Shown: positions 21,115 through 31,365, counted from the stretch's first letter. The stretch is DNA of 64,000 nt from an uncultured virus (IMG/VR IMGVR_UViG_3300028577_000007) (IMGVR_UViG_3300028577_000007), one strand, 5' to 3'. A program made the numbers and translations. Notes: a model not told the origin generated them from the sequence alone.

Positions 21115-21469
21115 TCCAGTTGTGCTTCTGGTCGACGACGAGCCTACGTACCTAGAAAGTCTAGTGTGCCTCTTGTCGCGCGAGGCGCTGCACATTAAGC
21201 AGGCGCGCTCGGGTCTCCACGCGCTCGAGGTGCTCCAGTCACAGGAAGTCGATGTCGTCGTCGCCGACTACTGGATGATCGGGATGGATGGCATCACCCT
21301 CCTAAACGAGGTCCAGCGTCTCTACCCTGAGACGCGGCGCGTGCTCCTCACTGGCGCGCCCGACTCGGAGATCGTTCTGGAAGCGAAGGCGCACAAGGTC
21401 TTGACGAAGGACATGCGCCCCGAGCTCATTCGGCAGTCGATCTTGCGGGCGGCCCGGCGGAAACCATGA
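21047..21469 (+). CDS. response-regulator receiver (REC) domain protein
   Basis: LLVDDE, VVADYWMIGMDG (phospho-Asp), LLTG and LTK. Confidence 0.9.
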   Translation: MSLGQAHKIMAKLKRAVGLVSRDPVVLLVDDEPTYLESLVCLLSREALHIKQARSGLHALEVLQSQEVDVVVADYWMIGMDGITLLNEVQRLYPETRRVLLTGAPDSEIVLEAKAHKVLTKDMRPELIRQSILRAARRKP

Positions 21470-22239
21470 CGCCGAAGCTCCCGCCCGATCCGCGCACTGA
21501 GCGCACGCTCCCGCCGCCGGGGGCCGCACGCGAAGAAGACTCTCCGCCGGGGCAGTACCGCGCGCTCCCCGCCCGCACGCTCACGGGCGAGCCCATCGCG
21601 CGCATCGCGCTCCGCGCGCCGCCCGTGGCGGTCTCCCCCCAGGAAGAAATGCTCCGTGCCCTTGCGGCCACCGAGGGGCGGATGCTGGCCGAGATCTCAG
21701 ATCGGCGCGAAGAAGAAGAGAAGCGCCAAGCTTCTCAACTGGAGGCCTTCGAAGAGCAGATGCGGCGCGAGCTCCAGAAGCTCGTGGTGCGCGAGCTGAA
21801 GAGCCTGCCCCCGCCGCCGCCCAAGCGGGGATTTGAGTGGGGACACCTGCAGTACGTGGCGGCATTCATTGTGGCGCTCACGTCGCTCCTCGCGCTCGTC
21901 CTGAACGCGCAGAAACCGAGTAGCGAGATCCTGAAGCGCTTCGACGCGGTCGCCGCGGCGCAAGCGGAGATCGATCAGCGCCTCGCCAAACACGAGACGG
22001 CAGAATCCGCTCTTCGCGCGGGCGATCGCTTGAAGGACTATGAGTACCAGCTCAGCGTGCGGAGCTGGGTTACGGACGTGCTCGAGCGCGCCGCCAGCGT
22101 GAAGATCGACGATCCGCCGGGGACTCCCGCGCGCGAACAGCTCCGCTTCTACCCCGCCCCTCGGATCGATCCCCATAAAGTGACCGACACCCACATCGTG
22201 CAACCGCGTGACCCTTACCCGGTCCCGCCCCCACCCTGA
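21466..22239 (+). CDS. single-pass membrane protein with coiled coils
   Basis: TM segment YVAAFIVALTSLLALVL. Confidence 0.7.
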   Translation: MTPKLPPDPRTERTLPPPGAAREEDSPPGQYRALPARTLTGEPIARIALRAPPVAVSPQEEMLRALAATEGRMLAEISDRREEEEKRQASQLEAFEEQMRRELQKLVVRELKSLPPPPPKRGFEWGHLQYVAAFIVALTSLLALVLNAQKPSSEILKRFDAVAAAQAEIDQRLAKHETAESALRAGDRLKDYEYQLSVRSWVTDVLERAASVKIDDPPGTPAREQLRFYPAPRIDPHKVTDTHIVQPRDPYPVPPPP

Positions 22240-22247
22240 GACCGACC

Positions 22248-22694
22248 ATGCCTCAACCGATCCTCGATTTTTACAACTCGATCATGACCAAGAATTGGTT
22301 CGCGACGGCGGCCATCGCCATCATGCTCGGCACGCAGCTCCTGAAGCGCCTGCCCTGGCTCAGCGCGAAAATCTGGGCGCGTATCCCGGTCGGCTACCGC
22401 TTCCTCGTGCCGATCGTTGCGGCCATGGGCATGGCCTTCGTGCATGGATTTTTGACCCACGAGACCCTGACGGCGTCCATCTGGGACGTCATCAAGATCG
22501 CCTTCACGGCCATGGGTGGAGCTGCCGCACTGAAAGAGTCGCCGCTGCCCTGGGACGGCGGTAAGGGCGGAGTGCTCACGGCGGCTAAGGCGCCGCGCCT
22601 CGTGCCACCGCTCGATGATGCCATCGACGACGACAAGACCCCGGTGGACGGCACAGGGCCGCGGCCTTCGAGCAGCCCTCCGCCAGCGGCCTGA
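22248..22694 (+). CDS. multi-TM membrane protein, holin-like
   Basis: Three hydrophobic segments and a hydrophilic tail. Confidence 0.65.
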   Translation: MPQPILDFYNSIMTKNWFATAAIAIMLGTQLLKRLPWLSAKIWARIPVGYRFLVPIVAAMGMAFVHGFLTHETLTASIWDVIKIAFTAMGGAAALKESPLPWDGGKGGVLTAAKAPRLVPPLDDAIDDDKTPVDGTGPRPSSSPPPAA

Positions 22695-22754
22695 TCGCCT
22701 CAAAACGCTCGACTTCACCCCCGCCCCGGTGGTACTTTTCTGCCCGAGGACATT

Positions 22755-23189
22755 ATGGATAAGCGGCAAGCATTCGAGGATGTGCAGGAGCAGGGATTCG
22801 GGGCGCTCGCTGGCAGTGGCACCGAGCAGCTCGATCACGTGGTGACGAAAATCGCTCCGGGCGGCATCGAGTCGACTTGCCTGTGCGAGTACTGCGGTCA
22901 AAAGAACCTCATCGGCTGCAACTGGGACGAGGTCATCACGGGCTCCCTCGGCTACGTGCCGCCGGACTGGCGCGTCGATCAGGCGACCGGCACCCTGTAC
23001 CCTTTCGTGGGGTGCGCCAACGGCGGCTGTCGCCGCCCGCTCATCATTGGCTACGCGCCTCGAGAGCTCAAGCGCTACGTCACGAGCGGCATCGAATCGA
23101 ACCTCCTCACCCGTCAGTACGCCGAGGGCTACGCCGCCCGCGTGATCGGCGCGGCTCAACAAGCCCAGGGTGGTCTCGCTCGCCGGTAG
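22755..23189 (+). CDS. hypothetical Cys-containing (Zn-binding) protein
   Basis: GAGG RBS; CEYC and CANGGC. Confidence 0.7.
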   Translation: MDKRQAFEDVQEQGFGALAGSGTEQLDHVVTKIAPGGIESTCLCEYCGQKNLIGCNWDEVITGSLGYVPPDWRVDQATGTLYPFVGCANGGCRRPLIIGYAPRELKRYVTSGIESNLLTRQYAEGYAARVIGAAQQAQGGLARR

Positions 23190-23200
23190 CGAGCCCTCGC

Positions 23201-23773
23201 ATGTCGCCCCGCCTGAGCGCCGCCGCCCGCTCCGAGCCCCCTCCTGCGTGTCTCCCCGGCGGAGGAGTCACGCCGCTCGCGCCCGAAGAGGCCTACGTCG
23301 TCCTCGAGCCCTACTTCAATGTAGTGCGCGAGGAATACGTCAAATATGGGCTCAAGCTCTGCCGTCGCACGCGACTCTTCGTTGCCCCGGGCATGCACGA
23401 CTCCCCTCGCCACTTCGGGGCGTGCAAGGACGACGGCAGCATGATCCTGCTCGCTCCTGAGCTTGCGGACGTGCCCGACACGGTGATGCTCGCCATCATG
23501 GCGCACGAGCTCGGGCACGCGACCGATTTCCTGTACCCGGGGGAGTTCGTGCTGGGGGATGGGGGCCCGGCGCTTCGCCGCTCGAAGCGGGACACGGACG
23601 ACAAGCAATGGAGCAAATGGCTCAAGGCTTGGCACCGCCGCGACGACGACGTGATCGAGCTCACGGCCGACGCCATCGCCGAGCGCGTGATGGGAGCCCC
23701 CTATGGCTACCAGGGCCCTTGTGCTATCCAGAGCTTCGATGCCGTCAGGGCCCGCCCCATGGGGCTCCGCTGA
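23201..23773 (+). CDS. zincin-like metalloprotease domain protein
   Basis: MAHELGHA (HExxH) with downstream E..AD; start uncertain. Confidence 0.7.
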   Translation: MSPRLSAAARSEPPPACLPGGGVTPLAPEEAYVVLEPYFNVVREEYVKYGLKLCRRTRLFVAPGMHDSPRHFGACKDDGSMILLAPELADVPDTVMLAIMAHELGHATDFLYPGEFVLGDGGPALRRSKRDTDDKQWSKWLKAWHRRDDDVIELTADAIAERVMGAPYGYQGPCAIQSFDAVRARPMGLR

Positions 23774-23803
23774 TGGCCGCCAGAACCACCCAGGAGATCT
23801 CGA

Positions 23804-24004
23804 GTGACGACTGAGGCTACGACTGACCCGCTCGCGCGCATCCGCACTGACTTCATGACCATCGAGCGCATGACGCAGATCCATGTCACCGAAACGCTCG
23901 AGCGCCTCGATTGGCACATGACGCATGCGGCCGTCGCGCTCGGGGTAGATCGCCGGACGCTCTATCGGATGGTCGAGCGGTATGGAATCAAGCGCCCCGG
24001 CTGA
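23804..24004 (+). CDS. stand-alone Fis-family HTH protein
   Basis: THAAVALGVDRRTLYRMVERYG, resembling the C-terminal HTH of NtrC-type activators. Confidence 0.85.
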   Translation: MTTEATTDPLARIRTDFMTIERMTQIHVTETLERLDWHMTHAAVALGVDRRTLYRMVERYGIKRPG

Positions 24005-24683
24005 CGCCAGAACCCCCGTGCCAGAGCGTCGCTCGCGCGAAGCGCGGACGGCGCTCGTGAAGCAGTGGACTCCGCTCGTCAAGAGTATCGCCAATCGCTA
24101 TCTCCGTCGGCTCGGTCGCTGGTACGAGTTTAGTGACCTCGTTTCGGTGGGCCTCGCTCAGCTTTGGGTCGCGAGCGGGAACTACGACGACACCATGGGG
24201 GCGCAGTTCGGGACGTACGCCTACTATGCGATCTACCGGGCCTACGAGGCGATCCTCGAGTACCTGTACAAGAACAAGCGCCGCGACGCGCTCCGGGCGG
24301 TCAGCTACGACGAAGCGTACGAGGACGGAGCCCCGGTGCGAGAGATCCCGGCGCCTGACCTGTCGCCATACGACGCGCTCGATTTGCGTCGCGACGTGCG
24401 GGCCATGGAGCAGGCGCTCCGCGCGCTCCGCCCGAACGATCGCCGGATCATCCTCGGTCGCTTCATGGAAGGGGAGAAGCTCGGCGAGCTTGCGACGGAG
24501 CTTGGGGTCACGAAACAGCGCGCGCTCCAGATCGAGCAGCGCGCCCTCCGGCGCCTTCGCCGCGAGCTCGCCCCGGTCCTTTCGGACCGGGAAGGCGGGG
24601 GTCCGCCGCTCAGCTGCAAGCAGGCGAACATCGGGAAACAGAGGGCAACCGGGAAAGTTGCCTCCGGGCCCAGGATCCCGTAG
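23982..24683 (+). CDS. sigma-70 family RNA polymerase sigma factor
   Basis: Region 2 (LVKSIANRY, DLVSVG, FGTYAYYAI) and region 4 (ELGVTKQRALQIEQRALRRLR). Confidence 0.9.
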   Translation: MESSAPADARTPVPERRSREARTALVKQWTPLVKSIANRYLRRLGRWYEFSDLVSVGLAQLWVASGNYDDTMGAQFGTYAYYAIYRAYEAILEYLYKNKRRDALRAVSYDEAYEDGAPVREIPAPDLSPYDALDLRRDVRAMEQALRALRPNDRRIILGRFMEGEKLGELATELGVTKQRALQIEQRALRRLRRELAPVLSDREGGGPPLSCKQANIGKQRATGKVASGPRIP

Positions 24684-24693
24684 CCTTTTCCTC

Positions 24694-25320
24694 ATGGCGG
24701 ACGCTCCGAAGAAGCAGAAACACCCCTACGGAGCAATGTTTTGGGGAGCCGTAGGGCTCGCCGCAGCGTTTCGAGCGCTCTACCGCCCCTGGCGCGTGCT
24801 CGTGAAGGACGGGTTCCCGTCGCGCTGCTCGGGCGACGGCTCATGCGATCCGTCGATGACGGTTACGAGCTTCCAGGGTCAGACCGAGGTCTACTGCCCG
24901 GTGCGCGGCGTGGTCGCGGACGCAAAGCCTGGCCGTCTCTTGATCATCCCGGACGATCAAGCCGTGGTGCTCGAGTACAACGGCGATCCGGCGACACTCC
25001 TCGTGCAGATGCACTCGGGTGATTCGGTCGGCGCGGGGCAACAGATCGGCCTCTCGAGTCAATTCACCTTCGCGGTCTGGACGCTCGCGCGGTCGAGCTC
25101 GGGTCAGCCTCAGATGGGCGCCGCCATCGAGCCTGCCAGCTGGCTCACGACGCACGGCGCGAAGATCAGTGCGAAGTTCCACGCGCCTTCGCCGCAGGCG
25201 GCGTGGTGCTCGACTGGGCGCCGCCTCGTCGTACCGCAGACGATCGCCTCCCAGTGCGGCACGGTGCTGCCCGCACCGAGCGGTTACGCGCTCCTGCCGA
25301 CCTCTGTCACCATGGGGTAA
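24694..25320 (+). CDS. membrane-anchored protein with a degenerate M23-like fold
   Basis: N-terminal TM; VYCPVRGVV, GDSVGAGQQIG and IEPASWL, but no HxxxD or HxH zinc ligands. Confidence 0.55.
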   Translation: MADAPKKQKHPYGAMFWGAVGLAAAFRALYRPWRVLVKDGFPSRCSGDGSCDPSMTVTSFQGQTEVYCPVRGVVADAKPGRLLIIPDDQAVVLEYNGDPATLLVQMHSGDSVGAGQQIGLSSQFTFAVWTLARSSSGQPQMGAAIEPASWLTTHGAKISAKFHAPSPQAAWCSTGRRLVVPQTIASQCGTVLPAPSGYALLPTSVTMG

Positions 25321-25428
25321 GCGCTGTGCTGGATGACTTGGGCGACGTGCTGATGTGTGTGGCGCTCACGGCCGGGGCTGGGATGGTGGTCGTGCTGGCG
25401 CTCCGCGCCCTGGGGCTCGTGTAGTGCC

Positions 25429-25776
25429 ATGCGCGCGCTCGCGGCTCCCGCGCATGCGCCCACGCCGCTTCCGGCGCTGAGCCCAGCCACGACCCAGCTC
25501 ATTGCCTACGGGCTCTTGCTCGGGGGAGCGGCCGTCGTGGGGAAGCTCATGATCGACGGGCTCGTCGGCGACATGGACGCGGCCAAGAAGAGGAGGGAGT
25601 TCATAGGGCCGATCTACGAGCCACCGAAGCCGCCCAAAGACATCCACGTGCACTTGAGCGACGTGGTGAAGTTCGTGGCGATGGGGGTCAGCGTCTATTC
25701 CATCATTGCGGATCTGCCGACGCTCGTCTCCGAGTGGGGACAGGTGGAGTCTCAGATCCAGGCACTGGTGAAGTGA
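25429..25776 (+). CDS. small membrane protein
   Basis: Two hydrophobic segments. Confidence 0.6.
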   Translation: MRALAAPAHAPTPLPALSPATTQLIAYGLLLGGAAVVGKLMIDGLVGDMDAAKKRREFIGPIYEPPKPPKDIHVHLSDVVKFVAMGVSVYSIIADLPTLVSEWGQVESQIQALVK

Positions 25777-26201
25777 TGCGGGTCTTCGTGGACAAAGGCA
25801 TGCTGATCGTTGACCGCGTGATTACCCATGACGGGTTCGATTACGCCGATCGATCAGGCGCGCTGTACTTCGCGCTCCTCGCCTACCAAGTCTACGACCA
25901 GAACGGCGATCCCATCCCGACGTTTAGCTATCGTGGGCCAGGGGAAATCCACGGGCGCAGGATCATCTTCGGCGATCCGCAGCGCACGACGAACCTCCTC
26001 GAAGGCATCGTCGATGTGGACGCGACGAGCGAGAGCAAGGATCACTTCAACGGCTACTACGAGGCCATTACGGCCCCGCGTCAGCTGTCGGCGGCGCAGT
26101 ACCAGAAGAAGATGTACGGGAAGACCTTCGCGTGGGAAGACGGCTACCGGCAGGGTTATGCTGAGCGTAAGGCGCGCGGCGTGAAGAAGGTGCCGATCTG
26201 A
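25776..26201 (+). CDS. hypothetical protein
   Basis: Coupled ORF starting MRVFVDKG. Confidence 0.6.
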   Translation: MRVFVDKGMLIVDRVITHDGFDYADRSGALYFALLAYQVYDQNGDPIPTFSYRGPGEIHGRRIIFGDPQRTTNLLEGIVDVDATSESKDHFNGYYEAITAPRQLSAAQYQKKMYGKTFAWEDGYRQGYAERKARGVKKVPI

Positions 26202-26584
26202 TGCCTCAACTCACCGACCCCTGGTTTGCCGCGGCGTTTTACGGCGAAGCGACGGCCAAAGGCCACCGCTACCTCGACTCCATCGAGGGCGCTCAAGGGC
26301 TCTTTCTCTGGTGCCCGTGCGGCTACGACAAAGCGGAGTTTCCGCTCGAAGGCGGGCGCCCCCACGGCGTCATGGTCCCCTTCTCGAACCCCCGAAACGC
26401 CCCCGATCTCCCGCCCGATCACGGACCTTACTCAGCCAATGATCCGAGCGGACCGCGCCCGCGTTGGGCGATGACGGGGACCGGTCTCGACGATCTCAGC
26501 ACGACGCCGTCCGTCCAGGTCGGCAGTCCCGCGCACGGGACGGGGTGCTGGCACGGCTATATCACGAACGGAGTCATCACATGA
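26201..26584 (+). CDS. DUF6527-like protein
   Basis: LWCPC, RW..TG, TPSV and CWHGYITNG. Confidence 0.6.
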   Translation: MPQLTDPWFAAAFYGEATAKGHRYLDSIEGAQGLFLWCPCGYDKAEFPLEGGRPHGVMVPFSNPRNAPDLPPDHGPYSANDPSGPRPRWAMTGTGLDDLSTTPSVQVGSPAHGTGCWHGYITNGVIT

Positions 26585-26982
26585 GATTCTGTCAACCGCA
26601 CTGGAACAAGCTCCGGGCTGAGATCGAGCGGGTGGGCTTGGGGAAGTTCGTGAGCGCGGACGGTCATGAAGCCATCGCGAAGACCGTGGCTTCGATCGAA
26701 CGCGCGGACCTAGGAGATCCTCCGAGGCAATCAGAGTTTGATCCCCTCCTGAACGCGCACTGGGCGATCGTGAGTAACGTGATGGGCGTCGTCGGCTTCG
26801 CCATCATGGTCCAGAACGACGACGGCTCCGATCGCTGTCCGCTCTGCTTCATCACAGCGGACCACCTCGCGAACTGCACGATGCCCGACTGCAAGATCAG
26901 AGACTACGATCACTGGATCGGTCGCGTTGCGGAAGATCAGGTGGCTCACGCGAAAGAGCTCGGTCTCATGGGGGACGCATGA
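26581..26982 (+). CDS. hypothetical protein
   Basis: MRFCQPHW...FDPL...CPLC; coupled to both neighbours. Confidence 0.65.
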   Translation: MRFCQPHWNKLRAEIERVGLGKFVSADGHEAIAKTVASIERADLGDPPRQSEFDPLLNAHWAIVSNVMGVVGFAIMVQNDDGSDRCPLCFITADHLANCTMPDCKIRDYDHWIGRVAEDQVAHAKELGLMGDA

Positions 26983-27725
26983 CGATCCGGCAGTCGGTCA
27001 TCGACATTTTTCCGACCTTCACGGCTCCCCTCGAGGGCTGCGTGCTCTGGCCCTACCAGGACATCCTTGGGCTCGTCACGATCGGGTACGGGTGCCTCAT
27101 CGAGCCCGAAGCGCTTGCGGCCGCGATCCCGTATTGGCTCGGCTCGCCGTCGCCATCGGCCATCGCGTCCGAATGGAACAAGGTCAATGCCCTCCCGAAG
27201 GCGATGCACTTTGCGCGCTACAAGGACGCCTGCTCGCTGCGACTCGATCAAGCGGGAGTCGACCGCCTGCTCCAAGATCGGATGAGGGTGTTCGAGGGGA
27301 CGCTGAAGCACTATTTCCCCGCGTGGGACGATTTCCCCGCCGACGCGCAGCTCGCGATCTTGGCGATGGCGTGGGCGTGCGGAGCGGGGTTCCCGAAGGA
27401 GTTTGCGAATTTCACGGGCTTTGTCCTGAAGCGCGACTGGGCGAACGCCGCGCGCTGCGCGAAGATCCGCGAAGACGGGAACCCGGGCATTCACCCGAGA
27501 AATCTCCAGGTGCAGCTCTGCCTCGCGAACGCCGCTGCCATCGACGATGGCGACTACGGGACGCCCGCGCTCTACTGGCCAGGCGCCGTCAAGGACGAGG
27601 CTCCGCCGTCGACCGATCCCTCGCTCGTGCCGCTCCAGGTGCAGGCGGCAGAGGCCTTGGCGAAGTTCGATGTGTACGCGCTCGGGCTGACCGGGCACGC
27701 ACACTGGGAAGATGAGGCGGTATGA
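26979..27725 (+). CDS. phage lysozyme (GH24/T4-like)
   Basis: LEGCVLWPYQDILGLVTIGYG carries the E-x8-D-x5-T catalytic spacing. Confidence 0.85.
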   Translation: MTIRQSVIDIFPTFTAPLEGCVLWPYQDILGLVTIGYGCLIEPEALAAAIPYWLGSPSPSAIASEWNKVNALPKAMHFARYKDACSLRLDQAGVDRLLQDRMRVFEGTLKHYFPAWDDFPADAQLAILAMAWACGAGFPKEFANFTGFVLKRDWANAARCAKIREDGNPGIHPRNLQVQLCLANAAAIDDGDYGTPALYWPGAVKDEAPPSTDPSLVPLQVQAAEALAKFDVYALGLTGHAHWEDEAV

Positions 27726-28627
27726 CTCGGCTAATTATGGGAGCCCCGGAGGTCGACTCGGTTGCGACGAAGAGCTTGCGTGGGCTCGATCTCAAGGCCC
27801 GGAACCGAGGCGACATTTCGAGCGCGATGCTGTCGGCGGGTTACTACGCGCGAAAACTTGGCCATCCGATGTATGGCTACTCAGGAAACTCTTACGGGAG
27901 CCGCGTGTGGCGAGTGTCCGATAAGCCGAGCGAGTACCTGAATCCGATCAACAACACCGGCGGGTACGTATTCTCAGTGACGCCGGAGTTGACCGTGGCT
28001 CGTCATGAGGTAAAACGTCCGGAAGGATTAGAGCCCAACGCCTCCCCGAAGCTCGAATGGGTCAAGGGCGACGGCGTCGACAGCGACGGCCACAACCTGA
28101 CCTGGTGGAAGAACAAGGTCGCCAAGTGGAAGAGTCAGTGGGATCGGCCGACGGTGTTCATCCGGGTCACGACCTGGGATCGCGCAGGGCAACGCGACAA
28201 GTCGCGCTGCGGGGAATTCGATGCAGGCGATCTGAAGGGCGCCAAAGAGTTCGCGAGGGAGGCGACCCTCGCGGGAGGATCCTCTCAGATCGATGCGCGC
28301 ATCGACATCCCTCACCAGAATGGCGTGACGTTCAGCATCGGCGAGTGGAGAAACCCCGCCTCGAACGGCTACTACGTCTGGTCGGTCGACAGGGAGTCGT
28401 ACGTGCCGGTCGCTCGGAATGGCCCCTTCGAAAACCCCGACGACGCCATCGCGCTCGCCAAGCGCAAGGCCGCGAGTGGCCAGACCTATGACGAGGTCGT
28501 GACCTTCGGTGGTGATCCGGAAGCGGGCGACTTCTCGATCTGGAGATCGTTCAAGGCGTGGTCGGGCGAGGTGCACTACACGACGGATCTCCCGAAGGTC
28601 GCGGGCCGCCTCCGGGAGTACCGCTAG
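27722..28627 (+). CDS. modular hypothetical protein
   Basis: 301 aa; apparent small domains joined at LEPN and WRNP. Confidence 0.7.
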   Translation: MTRLIMGAPEVDSVATKSLRGLDLKARNRGDISSAMLSAGYYARKLGHPMYGYSGNSYGSRVWRVSDKPSEYLNPINNTGGYVFSVTPELTVARHEVKRPEGLEPNASPKLEWVKGDGVDSDGHNLTWWKNKVAKWKSQWDRPTVFIRVTTWDRAGQRDKSRCGEFDAGDLKGAKEFAREATLAGGSSQIDARIDIPHQNGVTFSIGEWRNPASNGYYVWSVDRESYVPVARNGPFENPDDAIALAKRKAASGQTYDEVVTFGGDPEAGDFSIWRSFKAWSGEVHYTTDLPKVAGRLREYR

Positions 28628-28630
28628 CCC

Positions 28631-31267
28631 TCACCAGGGCCGCTCAGTGAGCCGATCGAAGCGGGGCAGCCCCTGCAGCCGCGTCACCTCCGCAAGCTCG
28701 ACATCGAGCTCGGCGGAGCGCTCCCGCGTCGCGCAGGAGGCGTGGTAGTTGTACACGCACAAGATCTGACTCACGAACGCCTGATGCTCACCGGCCATCT
28801 CGAGCAGCGGGTACATCACGGCCTTGTCCGTCGCGTGCTCGACCCATGACCCGTCGGGACGGAGTAGGCACCTGGGGACTACGTTGGTGATGGGCTCTGA
28901 GCGGAACGCCGAGTCCCGAATGAGCCGCTTCACGAGCCCCGCCCGGAACGTTTTCAGGTGAGTCGCCCGCCAGGGGCTATTACGCGGCTCTTCTCCCGGG
29001 TGATAGGGTCCGGCGAACCCCACCTCTCCGTCAATGAGCATGAAGCTCCCGTACGTGACCCAGGGCTCCGCGGGTGATTCGTACACCTTGGCCAAGACCG
29101 CGAGCGCCTCGTCGTGCGCGAGCCAGTCGTCGCCGTCGAGCCAGACGATGACTTCGTCATCGGGGAGCGTCTTCCAGATGTTCCAGCAGTTTTCGAGAGA
29201 GGAGCGGCGGATGTCGTTTCGGATCAGGCGGATGTCCTCACCCTGACGTCTGGCACATCCAGCCGTCTTCGATCCGAAGCCCACCTGCCCGTCGCCGCAC
29301 ACGATCGTCTCGGACAGCTGGCCCGCACGAGCCCGGTGTGCATAGGTGCGCGCCACCGCGTGGGTAAAGTCCTCGCTCGCAGCGTCGATGACCACGTGCG
29401 TGAAATTCCGGAAAGTCTGACTCTGCACGCTCTCGATGTGCTTTCCGATCCACTTCTCAGCGTTGAGCGCTGTCCCAACGATCGTCATGTGGAGAGGTTT
29501 CTGCGGCACGAGCACGAAGAAGTTTTCGCGCCCGTACCAGTGCTGCGCTTGGCGCTCGAGCATGAGCTGCTTCAGCTCGGCTGATCGCTTCTGATCGACC
29601 ACCCAACCCTTCGCCTTGAAGCGATCGAGCCAGTAGGGCGGATACTGCAGGTTGATGTGATAGGGCTCGACTTGCCAGGGGCAGGCCGCCGACCAAACGA
29701 TGGTGTTCAGGGCGTAGCGCGTGACGTTGTCGACGATTGCGTCCGCGTGAGCGTGCGGGATGTGCTCGGCGACCTCGGTGCAGATCACGCACGAGACGGG
29801 CTTGGCTTGCGTAGCGTGCGCCGTCAGATCGAAGGGCAAGATCTCGACCCCAGACTCCCGCATCTCGCGGGCCGCTGGAGCAAAGTCTGCGCCCTCGATA
29901 GCGGTCCAGCCGAGCTCTCTGAGGCGAGCGGTCTGGATACCGATCCCGCAGCCAATGTCGAGCGCCGAGCAGTGAGCCCCCACGACTTCGTGGATGCAGT
30001 CGGCGAGCTTCCGGTAGTTGTCCCGGCACGACCGCATGAACTCGTAGAAGGCCTCCGTATTATCGACGGGCATCAGCACGAAGAAGTTGTCGGCATAGGC
30101 CGCGTGCTGCGCCCGAGTGATCCGCATGGCCGTTCGGAGCTTTTGGGTGCGCGGATGGCTCACTGCCCAGTTGAGGGCCTTGAAGCGCTCGAGCCACGCT
30201 TCGGGCGGCTGCAGATTGATGTGCCCTGTGCCGCCTTGTCCGGGAGGGGCCGCCGACCAGACGACGAATTTTCTCGCAAGCGAAGCGATGTTCCGGACGA
30301 CGACATCGGAGAACTGCTCGGGCACGTGCTCGGCGACCTCGGTGCAGATCACGCAGTCGACCGGCTCGAGCATGCCGCCTCCGCCTCCGAGCACGGTGAG
30401 ATCGAAGGGGAGGACGTTTACGTCGGGCTCGCGCAGGGTGCTCGCGAGCGGCGCGAAGTCTGCGCCGACGATGCTCCAGCCGAGCTCCTTCAAGCGCGCG
30501 GTTTGGATCCCGATCCCAGATCCGAGATCGATCGCTAGTTGAGGCTCGCCGATGACGTTGTGGATGCAGTCTCCAAGCCGCCGGGAAGCCTCCCGGCCTG
30601 CTCGCATCTCCCCGAAGAACGCTTCCCCATAGAAGCCGCGGGTGTCGATCGCCGGCTTCACCCGCGCGCACCAGGACGGATACCGGAGGCCCATCCCGTC
30701 GCGATTCTCGAACACCCGCACGCCGTCTCCGAAGAAACGCTCCCCGGGCCAGACTTCTACGCGATCGAAGCGCTCCATCACGGCTTGGATGACGCCGTAG
30801 CCTGGGTAGGGGCAGAAATCGTGGCCGCAAATGACGCCGCCGGGCTTGACCTTCGGGAGCCAAGCGTCGATATCGCGGCAGACTGCCTCGTACGAGTGAT
30901 CGGCGTCGATGTAGACGTAGTCGAGGGAGGCGTTCGGGTAGAGAGCGGCGGCGTCCCACGAGAGGCACTCGAGCATGTCACCGATGACGGCGGCGACGGG
31001 TGAGAGCAGCTGACGCACAGCGGGGGCGCCGCCGGGCGACGCCTTGAACGTGTCGACCAGATCGAGCCGGCCGGGAAATGCCGCGCCCCCGAGGTTGAGG
31101 ATTTCGGTCGCGAGGTAGGCGGCTGACCGCCCCATGAATGACCCGACCTCGACGCCGTGGCCGTTCGGGAACTCCCGGGCAAGCCAGCTGTAGAAGTCCT
31201 GACCGGTGAAGTAGCCCGGGATGGTTTGATAGAAGTGCGGGATCGGTGCTCTCTCGGCTTGATTCAT
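28631..31267 (-). CDS. multidomain protein: three SAM methyltransferase domains plus GT2
   Basis: VEVGSFMGRS...YIDADHSY; two repeats of D(L/I)G(S/C)GIG...CTEVAEH; C-terminal IDAASED and WLDGDDW. Confidence 0.88.
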   Translation of the reverse strand: MNQAERAPIPHFYQTIPGYFTGQDFYSWLAREFPNGHGVEVGSFMGRSAAYLATEILNLGGAAFPGRLDLVDTFKASPGGAPAVRQLLSPVAAVIGDMLECLSWDAAALYPNASLDYVYIDADHSYEAVCRDIDAWLPKVKPGGVICGHDFCPYPGYGVIQAVMERFDRVEVWPGERFFGDGVRVFENRDGMGLRYPSWCARVKPAIDTRGFYGEAFFGEMRAGREASRRLGDCIHNVIGEPQLAIDLGSGIGIQTARLKELGWSIVGADFAPLASTLREPDVNVLPFDLTVLGGGGGMLEPVDCVICTEVAEHVPEQFSDVVVRNIASLARKFVVWSAAPPGQGGTGHINLQPPEAWLERFKALNWAVSHPRTQKLRTAMRITRAQHAAYADNFFVLMPVDNTEAFYEFMRSCRDNYRKLADCIHEVVGAHCSALDIGCGIGIQTARLRELGWTAIEGADFAPAAREMRESGVEILPFDLTAHATQAKPVSCVICTEVAEHIPHAHADAIVDNVTRYALNTIVWSAACPWQVEPYHINLQYPPYWLDRFKAKGWVVDQKRSAELKQLMLERQAQHWYGRENFFVLVPQKPLHMTIVGTALNAEKWIGKHIESVQSQTFRNFTHVVIDAASEDFTHAVARTYAHRARAGQLSETIVCGDGQVGFGSKTAGCARRQGEDIRLIRNDIRRSSLENCWNIWKTLPDDEVIVWLDGDDWLAHDEALAVLAKVYESPAEPWVTYGSFMLIDGEVGFAGPYHPGEEPRNSPWRATHLKTFRAGLVKRLIRDSAFRSEPITNVVPRCLLRPDGSWVEHATDKAVMYPLLEMAGEHQAFVSQILCVYNYHASCATRERSAELDVELAEVTRLQGLPRFDRLTERPW

Positions 31268-31275
31268 TGGGGCAA

Positions 31276-31292
31276 GACAGTACACGGCTGTC
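31276..31292. promoter_or_regulatory. palindromic operator (site 2)
   Basis: gacagt acacg gctgtc in a divergent intergenic region. Confidence 0.6.
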
Positions 31293-31365
31293 TTTCTGAA
31301 AGGAAGGGTCTCTCAGCTCGAAAAGTCGCGCTCGCGGCAGCTCACTGGTAAGATCTTGGCCGCGC

